This document shows positions 8,260 through 16,681 of a stretch of DNA of 45,253 bases, piece after piece. Location: IMG/VR virus record IMGVR_UViG_3300005300_000013, positions 1-45,253 of that record. One strand, 5' to 3'. Below the pieces are notes generated by a model. The model was not told where the DNA came from. It saw nothing but the letters and a program-made list of their open reading frames with translations, and searched no databases. Both the position numbers and the translations under genes were made by a program. The number at the start of each line of letters is the position of its first letter. The first letter of the stretch is position 1. This DNA comes from a virus (lineage: Duplodnaviria; Caudoviricetes).

Positions 8260-10983
8260 ATGCATGACAAGTTCATTCAGGAAATTATTGACATGCTGAA
8301 CGCAAGGGGCTGTAACCTGAAGCCCTACAAGCCCAACGAGTATCAAGGACATTGCCCCTTTCATGAAGACGAGCACCCTTCCTTTTTCTTAAACACAGAA
8401 AAGAAAATCTGGTTTTGCTTTGCTTGTAGACCCACGGGCTACGACGCTACGCTATCAGCGCTTGCAGAGAGATTAGGTCTCTCCTACACAGAAAACCCCT
8501 TTCTGTCCTTTAACACCTTTGCCCAATTCCTTGACTACCTTCATGCTCAACTCTATCACCAACAAACCCTTGTTGAATATTTAAGAACATATAGACAATT
8601 GTCGGATTATGTAATAGAGAAAGCAAAACTGGGGTTTTGGGTAAAGGATGACATCCCTTACCTTGTCATCCCTGTCTTTGATGACGAGGGTAATCCAGTC
8701 AACGCAAAACTGAGGACGCTTACACAGGTTAACGGCAAGATAATCTTTGCGTCTGATGCGCCGCACAAGTATAGATGGATGACAAACATGCATCCCCTCG
8801 TCCCAGCCGAGGTTGAGCGACCCTCGTTGTATCCGAGCCCAAAGATTTTCCCGTGGGATGAAGAAGAGTGCGTTTGGATTGCAGGCGGAGAACTTGATGC
8901 CCTTGCGTTATGGAGCATAAACATCCCCGCTGTTGCGCCCACCAAAGGGGAAACAAGCCTGCGACCGTCAGATTTGGAAAGGTTACCTCGGTGGGTAGTA
9001 GTTGCACTTGATAACGAAATGGAAGTGGTCAGAAAATCGGAGTCTTATATAGGGACTTTGCTCAGGCAAAGGAAGGATAGGGTGGTCACAAGGTTATTGT
9101 GGTCTGATAAGGATGTCTCTGAAGTTTTGCGCAACCAAAATTCCCTCTGGAAAAACATAATATTCGCAGAAACACACACAAACAACGGAAAAGTAGAGAA
9201 CGGAATTATACCGACACCTGATGGAACATATTACGCCTTTCGTTTGGAAAGGGATAGTGAGGAAAAGAATTACTCCGTCCTCAAGATGACGCTAAACGAG
9301 TGGATGCCAGAAGTGGTCGTTGAAGTTCAAGGTGAAGAAGAACCAGTCATTGTCGCACGGCAGAGAAACAAGGACAAGTCACGGAGGCGTGTCGTTGTTA
9401 GCAGCGGAAACTTGCTACACACAGCCGTTCTGAAAGGTCTGCCGCCACTTTCCCCCGACCTCATAGGTAAACCAAAACTTGCAGGCATCTTGGGTTTATT
9501 CACAAGAGACATATATACTTTGTTCACACAGAAAAGCACTATCTTCACACGCATCGGTTTGTATCTATCGGAAGAATACGGATTGGAAAATCACCCTCTA
9601 AGGGAGTGGTCGGCAAAGAAAACATGCTTTGTGTTTTCCGATGCCGTCTTGCCCAAAGATGTTGGGGAATTCTGCGACATTTACCAACAGAACATATTCG
9701 GGGGCGTTACCTTAAACGAACAAACAGACAAAGAAGCACTAAAGCCGTTCGTGGAAAAACTTTTGAATGTCTATCCGGATGACTGCCTTTACGGTGTCAT
9801 TGCTTGGTTCCACGCAGCCATGCTTTCAACCTTCGTCAGGTATGTAAACAACAACAGGTTTCCTGTCCTGTTCGTCGCAGGAATTGCCGGGACCGGAAAG
9901 ACATCAATTGTTGTGGAGTTGATACAAAACATATTTGCACCAACGGCTCACTTGCCTTCCAGACAAACCGCTTCAACCATGCGAAAATACACGAACATGG
10001 CATCTCTTCCGTTGGTGTTGGATGAGTTCACCCCAGAACGGTGGGGCGAAGACATCAGGGACGCCAAATTGTTCATACACTCCTGCTACGAAATGTTGTT
10101 TCAGCAAGTTTCTCGTTCAGCAAGACAACTTGAACTACCTTACTACTCATACACGCCGTTGTGTTGTATCGGAGAAAGCGCCAACTTCATAACAAAGGAC
10201 GCCGCACTAACTGACAGGGTTTTCCTCGTAACATTCAAGCGTAAAGCCGAAAAACTTGACGAAGTATACATCAAGACATTTCAGGAGTTGGTTGGCGCAA
10301 CGGCAATGCAACGGGCATACAGAAGGGCGTTGATTGAGTTTCTACTGGAGAACGAAGGTTCTTGGATTGAATGGTGGAACGAAGCGAGGAAGATTATAAA
10401 CGAACAGGTGGGAGCAGATTTCTCCGCAAGGCAGAAGAACAACTTCCAAGTAATCGTGTTCGGTTGGAAGATATTTGAAAACTTCGCCAAGCATCTTAGT
10501 GTTACTGTCCCAGAAGCGGAGGACATCGCACACTATTTTTTCGTTAAAGGCATTTCCATTCCAATACACGACACCGTTGCACGAATTATATCCTTATGGA
10601 ACGATGAGCGTGAAAGTATGTTAGAGGAAGGGGAAGATTGGGGTTTGTTTACGAAAGGAAAGTATGAAGGATGCTTGTGGGTTAGGCTCAAATCCTTTCT
10701 GGATAAACTTCGTGTAAAATACAGGGACGATAAGTTCCTTCAGCAAAAACCTCACGAGGTTATAGCATCGCTTGTAACAGCGAAAAATCAAGGACACCCC
10801 GCCTTGGTTGAAGTGTCAGTCGTTGTGAAAACGAAAACAGGTAAGCCAATTAGGGCAAGCGTGTTTGATTTATCCGCAGCTCAAAAGGACATACTGCCAT
10901 TACCGCTGGACATTGCGATACAATTAGAGATGGATACCGAAGAAGGAGGTGACGGCGATGAAGATTTGCAATATCCGTTCTAA
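8260..10983 (+). CDS. Primase-helicase (CHC2 zinc finger, TOPRIM, P-loop helicase)
   Basis: CPFH...CFAC zinc finger; GGELDAL/LDNE TOPRIM-like motifs; Walker A GIAGTGKT, Walker B LVLDE, LTDR Arg finger. Confidence 0.88.
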   Translation: MHDKFIQEIIDMLNARGCNLKPYKPNEYQGHCPFHEDEHPSFFLNTEKKIWFCFACRPTGYDATLSALAERLGLSYTENPFLSFNTFAQFLDYLHAQLYHQQTLVEYLRTYRQLSDYVIEKAKLGFWVKDDIPYLVIPVFDDEGNPVNAKLRTLTQVNGKIIFASDAPHKYRWMTNMHPLVPAEVERPSLYPSPKIFPWDEEECVWIAGGELDALALWSINIPAVAPTKGETSLRPSDLERLPRWVVVALDNEMEVVRKSESYIGTLLRQRKDRVVTRLLWSDKDVSEVLRNQNSLWKNIIFAETHTNNGKVENGIIPTPDGTYYAFRLERDSEEKNYSVLKMTLNEWMPEVVVEVQGEEEPVIVARQRNKDKSRRRVVVSSGNLLHTAVLKGLPPLSPDLIGKPKLAGILGLFTRDIYTLFTQKSTIFTRIGLYLSEEYGLENHPLREWSAKKTCFVFSDAVLPKDVGEFCDIYQQNIFGGVTLNEQTDKEALKPFVEKLLNVYPDDCLYGVIAWFHAAMLSTFVRYVNNNRFPVLFVAGIAGTGKTSIVVELIQNIFAPTAHLPSRQTASTMRKYTNMASLPLVLDEFTPERWGEDIRDAKLFIHSCYEMLFQQVSRSARQLELPYYSYTPLCCIGESANFITKDAALTDRVFLVTFKRKAEKLDEVYIKTFQELVGATAMQRAYRRALIEFLLENEGSWIEWWNEARKIINEQVGADFSARQKNNFQVIVFGWKIFENFAKHLSVTVPEAEDIAHYFFVKGISIPIHDTVARIISLWNDERESMLEEGEDWGLFTKGKYEGCLWVRLKSFLDKLRVKYRDDKFLQQKPHEVIASLVTAKNQGHPALVEVSVVVKTKTGKPIRASVFDLSAAQKDILPLPLDIAIQLEMDTEEGGDGDEDLQYPF

Positions 10984-11275
10984 GTTAGAGGAGTTAACCG
11001 AGGAAGAGAGGGCAAAAGTGTTTGAGGTGTGGATACAACTCGAAACCATGTTTGACCTTACAAGGGGTGAAGTTGCCGTTGATTTACTCTTGGATGTCCT
11101 GAAAAAACGCTACGGCAAGAAGTTGGGTAAAATCAACGCATACATGGCGGCGATGAGCCTTTACCGTGAGGTGTGTCACAGATTAAGGGGCGAGCCGACA
11201 TCGGCGTCCCATGTCAATCAAACACTACTCAAAATCGCAAGAGAGGTGAAGAGCGATGCAACAAACTCTAACTAA
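10958..11275 (+). CDS. Hypothetical protein
   Basis: AGGAGGTG RBS before ATG 10958. Confidence 0.7.
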   Translation: MKICNIRSKLEELTEEERAKVFEVWIQLETMFDLTRGEVAVDLLLDVLKKRYGKKLGKINAYMAAMSLYREVCHRLRGEPTSASHVNQTLLKIAREVKSDATNSN

Positions 11276-11693
11276 AGAGAAACTTGCGGAAGTGAAGAAG
11301 AAGTTGCAACACTGGCTTGACGACATTCAGGTGTTAGTAATCCCGACAATTATGTCGTCCCTTTTCTTTGGTTCCCGTAGGTCATCAGCACCGTTCTACA
11401 ACCCGTTCGTCGCCTTCAAGGAAATTGGACTTTGGGCTCAAAAAGCACAAGACGCCGTCAAAACCAACCCAACTCTCTCCCTACTCTTACAAGACGCCGG
11501 AAGAACTGCAATAGAGCAACTTGTTCGGTTAACGAGTGCAGAAAGTTTGTCCGCTTTTAAATCCAACATGCCCATTAAAAACATCGAGCGGCTTGAATAC
11601 TTCCTTGAGTATCACACAATCATTGTAAGGTGTGTGGTTGACTTGAAGCACAGGATTGATTGGCTGCTTGAAAATGAGTTGAAAGACACATAA
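11256..11693 (+). CDS. Hypothetical protein
   Basis: GAGGTG RBS; operon packing. Confidence 0.7.
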   Translation: MQQTLTKEKLAEVKKKLQHWLDDIQVLVIPTIMSSLFFGSRRSSAPFYNPFVAFKEIGLWAQKAQDAVKTNPTLSLLLQDAGRTAIEQLVRLTSAESLSAFKSNMPIKNIERLEYFLEYHTIIVRCVVDLKHRIDWLLENELKDT

Positions 11694-11704
11694 AAGGGAG
11701 GACG

Positions 11705-12073
11705 ATGGGTGTGAAGTATACAATCAGGATAAGGTGTCAAGACTGTTACAAACAAGACCCTCGTGGTTGTTTTCACGGTGACGAAGGGTGGGTTGTCTTG
11801 AAAGACAAATACGATGAAGTGTTCTTTAACTCGTTAGAAGAAGCAGCAGCGGTCGGTTATTACTTCACATACGACACCAAATGGGAGTTCACGATTTTCC
11901 CTGTCGTCAATGGAAGAATTGACCGCGATAACCCAATACCAAAGGAAAGTTTGGATTGGAAAAAAGTGTATGCCTACTTTAAAGAACACCGGCGGGAAAT
12001 AGAAAGAAAGTATGGTCTTGACTATCCCGCCTACAAACCCAGAAACGACCGAGGGGGTTACGATGATGAATAA
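11705..12073 (+). CDS. Hypothetical protein with CxxC
   Basis: GGAGG RBS; CQDC...GCFH. Confidence 0.7.
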   Translation: MGVKYTIRIRCQDCYKQDPRGCFHGDEGWVVLKDKYDEVFFNSLEEAAAVGYYFTYDTKWEFTIFPVVNGRIDRDNPIPKESLDWKKVYAYFKEHRREIERKYGLDYPAYKPRNDRGGYDDE

Positions 12074-12287
12074 GTGTCACACGGGAGACGGAAACAACGC
12101 CTTCTGGCAGTGTTGGCAATGCGAGAGATGGTGTTGCCACAAACACATAGAATATGTCACGATATATAAAATGGCAAAAGACGGTAGCCGTGAAAAACAG
12201 CACCTATGGGTTTGCTCTGACTGTGCGGAGAAGATAAAGGAGGCTGAAAGAAATGAAAGCACACGGAATACTAATGTCAAGCATTGA
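12063..12287 (+). CDS. Small zinc-finger protein
   Basis: GAGGGGG RBS; CWQCERWCCHKH...CSDC. Confidence 0.7.
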   Translation: MMNKCHTGDGNNAFWQCWQCERWCCHKHIEYVTIYKMAKDGSREKQHLWVCSDCAEKIKEAERNESTRNTNVKH

Positions 12288-13635
12288 AGCGGATGCGTTT
12301 GAGCGTTGGGAAACGCTCAGGGAAATAGAAAGAGAACATCTACAAAAGTGGATGGCTGATTTGGAAAGCCATCCTATACCACAGTTTCACAAAATAGGCG
12401 CACTGCTAAAAGAAGCCGTTGACATCTGGGACGAAATAGTGATGAGTAACTTGCCAAATGTTAGTCCTGAAAGATGGGAGACATACACAAGAAGCATACC
12501 GCACGCTGTTCAGTATCTCTGTTACCGACTTTATCACCTCGGCAGGCTTTCTGGAGTAGAAGTAATGAAAGCATGTATTTCCTGCGGCAAACCCATATTC
12601 GCATACAGGGCAGGGACAAGGTTTTGCTCTCCACGATGTTTCTCCGTCTACGAACTGTTCCTGCGTCAACTCAACTCACTGTTTGAAATCATAAGAGAAC
12701 AATACTATCCAAGTAGAGAGGCTTGGAACTCGTGTATAATTTGTGGCGGCAGGGCTTTGCGTTGGTATAGGACAAAGGGTGGTGGATGGAAAATTGATTG
12801 GGTGAACGCCCTTAAAAACCCAAGGGGTATAACGAGGGATAGAAAATATGCCCCTGACAGATACAAACAAGTGTGCCAATCTCCCTTTTGTAACTGGGCT
12901 GCCGCCAACCTAAGGAAAATGTTGAAAGAGCAACAGAAGAACCCGCTAACGGAAAACGAAATTGAGGAAAGGATAGAGAGGTTCAGGAAATGGATAGCAA
13001 AGGTGAAAGACCAAAACTACACACCGCACATCAGCATGCTGAAAGCAGAACTTGAAGCCATAGCAGAGGCGTTTGAGCGTGCAATTGCCGTCTACACATC
13101 TATCTACATCATCTTTGCGAACAAACTCCCGCCAAGATATGAGTTGTTCAACGACCCAATCAAGGTCAAATACGCAGTCATGGCGTCAATGCACATTCCC
13201 TTAATCCCAGCACGATACAAAAACTTCTTTCTAAATGTCATCGCCCAGTTCATTGAAAGAGATGTCCCAAAGGCTCTTGACCACATGTTAGAAAGGTGGT
13301 CTATGGCTGTGAACAACCCTGAAGTCACACTCACACTGCCCTTAGATGACATGACGACAACAGCCTTCAAAAGCACACTTGCAGAAGCCTTTGCCTTGAT
13401 AGAGACCACCCCTTTAGTTGAGTTAGACAACGAACACCTTGACAGTCCCTTTGAAGCCCAAGAGGTCATAGACAGGCTTCAAGAAACTGTCAAGGGCTGG
13501 AGAGAGACAAATCAGTCAAGGATTGAGGAAATCCTTAAAACTGCCCTTAAAAGGGCTGAAACTGAGGGGGTTGATATGTTTAGGGGCACACAAGACAAGG
13601 GTAAAACGCTAACAGAGGTGATGATGCATGACTGA
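12253..13635 (+). CDS. Hypothetical 460-aa protein with two treble-clef-like zinc fingers
   Basis: CISC...FCSPRC and CIIC...CQSPFC; AAGGAGG RBS. Confidence 0.75.
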   Translation: MKAHGILMSSIEADAFERWETLREIEREHLQKWMADLESHPIPQFHKIGALLKEAVDIWDEIVMSNLPNVSPERWETYTRSIPHAVQYLCYRLYHLGRLSGVEVMKACISCGKPIFAYRAGTRFCSPRCFSVYELFLRQLNSLFEIIREQYYPSREAWNSCIICGGRALRWYRTKGGGWKIDWVNALKNPRGITRDRKYAPDRYKQVCQSPFCNWAAANLRKMLKEQQKNPLTENEIEERIERFRKWIAKVKDQNYTPHISMLKAELEAIAEAFERAIAVYTSIYIIFANKLPPRYELFNDPIKVKYAVMASMHIPLIPARYKNFFLNVIAQFIERDVPKALDHMLERWSMAVNNPEVTLTLPLDDMTTTAFKSTLAEAFALIETTPLVELDNEHLDSPFEAQEVIDRLQETVKGWRETNQSRIEEILKTALKRAETEGVDMFRGTQDKGKTLTEVMMHD

Positions 13636-14269
13636 CGAGGACATCATTGAACAAGAGGACATCATTGAACAAGTTGAAGGGCAACTGAAATACTCACATG
13701 ATGTCTATATGTCAACAGTTAAGTTCGTGAAGTCGTGGGTTTCTGTCCCGACATTTATCCCGAAAAACTTCATCTTGTTTGCCGCCGTGGGATTTACCGA
13801 TTGGAAAAACCCAAATGCGGGTTTGGAAGCAGCGCTTCAAGCGGCAAATCTTGACCACATCAACTTGATAAAATTGTCTTCCGCACTACCCCTTTATCCT
13901 GACATACACCTGTTAGACGAAGTCAAAATAACCATCAACCCCGCAGTTCCAGTGCCGTGTATATTCGCCCACGAATTCATTTCACCCAAGCCATCACGAA
14001 GATATTTTGTTGGCTTGGAGTTCTTCAGGACTAAAGACTGCGTAATTGTCATAGAGACAACGGAAAAGTGCTGTGAACGGAAACTCACGGGGATGAAGCA
14101 TATAGGTCATGCGCTGATTGAGTTAAACACATCCCCCACTGGCAAACCCAGCGATGTGTATTTTCACTTTGTGTTGGATAGATTGAAACACGAAGGTGTT
14201 CCCCGTGTGCGTTACATGGGGGAACCAATTTACGCAAGTGCAGTCGTAGGTATATTAGTATTACCATAA
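13628..14269 (+). CDS. Pyruvoyl-dependent arginine decarboxylase (PvlArgDC/PdaD family)
   Basis: EAALQAANLDHINLIKLSSALP matches the family signature around the Ser-Ser autocleavage site (Ser84-Ser85); downstream IVIE glutamate. Confidence 0.8.
   Translation: MTDEDIIEQEDIIEQVEGQLKYSHDVYMSTVKFVKSWVSVPTFIPKNFILFAAVGFTDWKNPNAGLEAALQAANLDHINLIKLSSALPLYPDIHLLDEVKITINPAVPVPCIFAHEFISPKPSRRYFVGLEFFRTKDCVIVIETTEKCCERKLTGMKHIGHALIELNTSPTGKPSDVYFHFVLDRLKHEGVPRVRYMGEPIYASAVVGILVLP
13637..13672 (+). repeat. 18-bp perfect tandem duplication (EDIIEQ x2)
   Basis: GAGGACATCATTGAACAA repeated twice. Confidence 0.95.
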
Positions 14270-14282
14270 GGAGGGAGCAAAG

Positions 14283-15173
14283 ATGGAAGAACGACTGCGA
14301 GAGAAGGTCAACAAAGCGAAGAAAGTCGCCGAAGAAGTATCCGAGAAGACGCAAACAAGCATTGCGCCGGCAAGCGAAATGCCTGTCACGGAGTATGAAG
14401 ACTGGACTGGTAACCACATTAAACTTTCGCCTAAAATCATCCGTGACTACATCAACCCACGAGCAACCATTGCCGATGTCGCTAAATTTATCGCTGTTTG
14501 CAAAACTTATCGGCTAAATCCCTTCCTTGGGGACGCATATCTCGTGAAGTATGATGAAAGAGAACCGGCGCAAATCATCGTCAGCAGGTTTTCCTTCATG
14601 CGTGTTGCGACACGGCATGAAAATTACAAAGGCTTCAAAAGTGGCGTCATTGTCACGAGGAAAAATCCTGACAAGCAACGCTCCGAATTTGCAAAACAAG
14701 CCGAACAAATTCTGAAGGAACTGATGGAGCAAATCCCTGAGCAAAAAGCCGTCATCTTGGAAACCATACTTAAACTTCACGAATTGGAAGACACACTAAC
14801 AAAACACGAAGTTGAAATCATGGAACTTGAAGGCGCATTCGTCCCACCCGGCTGGAACCTTTATGGCGGTTGGGGTGTCGTTTACATACAAGAACCCGAT
14901 GGCTCGATTAGAGAAGTTTCGCAGAAGGTCTTGTTGTCCGAATACAACCGAGAAAAGGCATCATGGCGGGTGATGCCCGCAACGATGATACAAAAGGTCG
15001 CAGAGGCTCATGCCTTCAGGAAGGCATTCCCCGACTTGTTGTCGGGGTTATACATCACAGAAGAAATGGGGGTAGAAACAAATGAACATCCAAGAACTGT
15101 TGTTGCCACTTTACCAACACAAGAAGGAGAAGTTAGCGTGGAAGAATTGGATGCCGAGTCAACTGACATGTGA
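14283..15173 (+). CDS. bet: Phage recombination protein Bet/RecT (ssDNA annealing)
   Basis: LNPF-x3-AYLVKY, GFKSG, LYGGW, W-x-x-MPATMIQKVAE-x-HAFRKAFP and SGLY-x-x-EEM motifs. Confidence 0.9.
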   Translation: MEERLREKVNKAKKVAEEVSEKTQTSIAPASEMPVTEYEDWTGNHIKLSPKIIRDYINPRATIADVAKFIAVCKTYRLNPFLGDAYLVKYDEREPAQIIVSRFSFMRVATRHENYKGFKSGVIVTRKNPDKQRSEFAKQAEQILKELMEQIPEQKAVILETILKLHELEDTLTKHEVEIMELEGAFVPPGWNLYGGWGVVYIQEPDGSIREVSQKVLLSEYNREKASWRVMPATMIQKVAEAHAFRKAFPDLLSGLYITEEMGVETNEHPRTVVATLPTQEGEVSVEELDAESTDM

Positions 15174-16143
15174 GCGTCGTGTCTTTTTGCACCTGACTAA
15201 ACCAGAAGTCGGAGAGGACGACACTTGGAAGGAAATCGGATGGTTGGGGCAAATTGGCGAAGCACTACACAACTACTTTGTCCCCCGAATAGCGGAAAGG
15301 CTGAAGGAGATGGGATTTCATGTTTCTGTGGAATGCTCCAACGAAGACGGCAAGTTTGACAGGACACTATTTGGCGTTGAGTTTGACGCCAAGATTGACC
15401 TCTTAGCGACAAACTCAGAAGCCACCATAGTCTTTGATTTCAAGTTCGTTCACCCAAATGTTGTCTACACGGCTAACTTCCCTGCACACAGGAGACAGAT
15501 AGCGGTTTACGCAGCGCTGGCACATGCAGACTATGCCGTCCTATACTATGTTGACAGAACCAACCCAACCCGGTATAACACCATTGTCTTCAATGCAGAG
15601 GAAATCGTTGAAATTCTACAAACAGAAGTCCTGCCGTTTGTCAACACCGTCAAAGAAGCGCTATCTAACCCAGAAAAGGCGGAACAAATTCTCCCGAAGT
15701 ATTCACCGCAAAACTATCCCTGCAAGTTCAAAAGCAGAGAAGGGGATGCGAAATGCCCCTTCTACCGATACTGTCACGGTCATGCGGAAAACACATCAAC
15801 ACTCATTAGGATTTCGGGAGACCCTGAAATTGCGAACAAGGTCTCTCTATTGGTGAACGAATACATCAAGGTAACTCGGACGATAAACGAAGTAGAAGAG
15901 GAACTACGACCTCTCGTTGAGCGGCAAAAGGAACTGAAAGGGATGTTGTGTGAACTTCTACCGCACAACGAAACTGTCACAACAGATGAAGGTTCTCTGG
16001 TAGTCAAACGGATAGTTCAAAGGCGTCTGGATACGGATGCTGTCAAGTCGCTGCTCAAGCAGATTAACATTGAGGCGCCCATGAAGGAGATTGTGAGTTA
16101 CCAAATCCAAATCGTGAAAGGAGGTGAAAACAATGGAGGGTGA
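15082..16143 (+). CDS. Cas4-like PD-(D/E)XK exonuclease
   Basis: PSQL-x-C-x-R, GEALH, KID...DFK, Q-x3-Y and C-terminal C...CPFYRYC; partner position next to Bet. Confidence 0.85.
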   Translation: MNIQELLLPLYQHKKEKLAWKNWMPSQLTCERRVFLHLTKPEVGEDDTWKEIGWLGQIGEALHNYFVPRIAERLKEMGFHVSVECSNEDGKFDRTLFGVEFDAKIDLLATNSEATIVFDFKFVHPNVVYTANFPAHRRQIAVYAALAHADYAVLYYVDRTNPTRYNTIVFNAEEIVEILQTEVLPFVNTVKEALSNPEKAEQILPKYSPQNYPCKFKSREGDAKCPFYRYCHGHAENTSTLIRISGDPEIANKVSLLVNEYIKVTRTINEVEEELRPLVERQKELKGMLCELLPHNETVTTDEGSLVVKRIVQRRLDTDAVKSLLKQINIEAPMKEIVSYQIQIVKGGENNGG

Positions 16144-16570
16144 AACCATTACCATTCCGTTCAGCAAGTTAGACGAAAACACGAGCGCCATGACATCAAT
16201 GTTCCTTGCAGTCGGTAGTGACAAGAACATTGGCTTGGAAAGGGTTGAAATTCCAGAGACACTCAAGGAAAACCTGCCGTCAGCCTTCAGTGACGCAAAC
16301 GATTGTATTATGCTACACTTACATGACAGCGAAAACCGGGTCGTCGTCCTTATCTTACTACCGACAGAATTGGCACACAGACTTGCAACATTAATGTTTG
16401 TGCTGTCGTCGTCTTGGCCCATTAAAATTCCAACGCAAGGGGGTGAAACTGATGAGTTTCAGAGACGCACCGGCGAGCAAGCGGTTGCCTCCTTTCAAGA
16501 AGAAGGCGCCGAAGGGGACGGGTCACTTCCCGAACCCGCAGACAAAGGTGTCCAAAACTTCCCAGCCTAA
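16133..16570 (+). CDS. Hypothetical protein
   Basis: AAGGAGGTG RBS before ATG 16133. Confidence 0.65.
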   Translation: MEGETITIPFSKLDENTSAMTSMFLAVGSDKNIGLERVEIPETLKENLPSAFSDANDCIMLHLHDSENRVVVLILLPTELAHRLATLMFVLSSSWPIKIPTQGGETDEFQRRTGEQAVASFQEEGAEGDGSLPEPADKGVQNFPA

Positions 16571-16592
16571 AGCGACGAAGGCAAAAAAGTGA
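16452..16592 (+). CDS. Small Lys/Pro-rich basic protein (46 aa)
   Basis: AAGGGGGTG RBS before ATG 16452; overlaps the previous ORF in another frame. Confidence 0.55.
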   Translation: MSFRDAPASKRLPPFKKKAPKGTGHFPNPQTKVSKTSQPKATKAKK

Positions 16593-16630
16593 GCCTGTTG
16601 ACGGGACAGGCTCAAATTGGAGGGTCGCCG

Positions 16631-16661
16631 CCGCCCTCCCCGATTTGGGGAGGGCGGTTTA
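16631..16661 (+). terminator. GC-rich hairpin, probable terminator/attenuator before the methylase
   Basis: CCGCCCTCCCC-gattt-GGGGAGGGCGG 11-bp stem, only a short TTTA tail. Confidence 0.55.
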
Positions 16662-16681
16662 TCACGCAGGTGGTTACTGTT

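Noticed and set aside
15082-16143. Cas4 as part of a CRISPR-Cas locus
   Set aside because: No cas1/cas2 or array; the context is a Bet recombination pair
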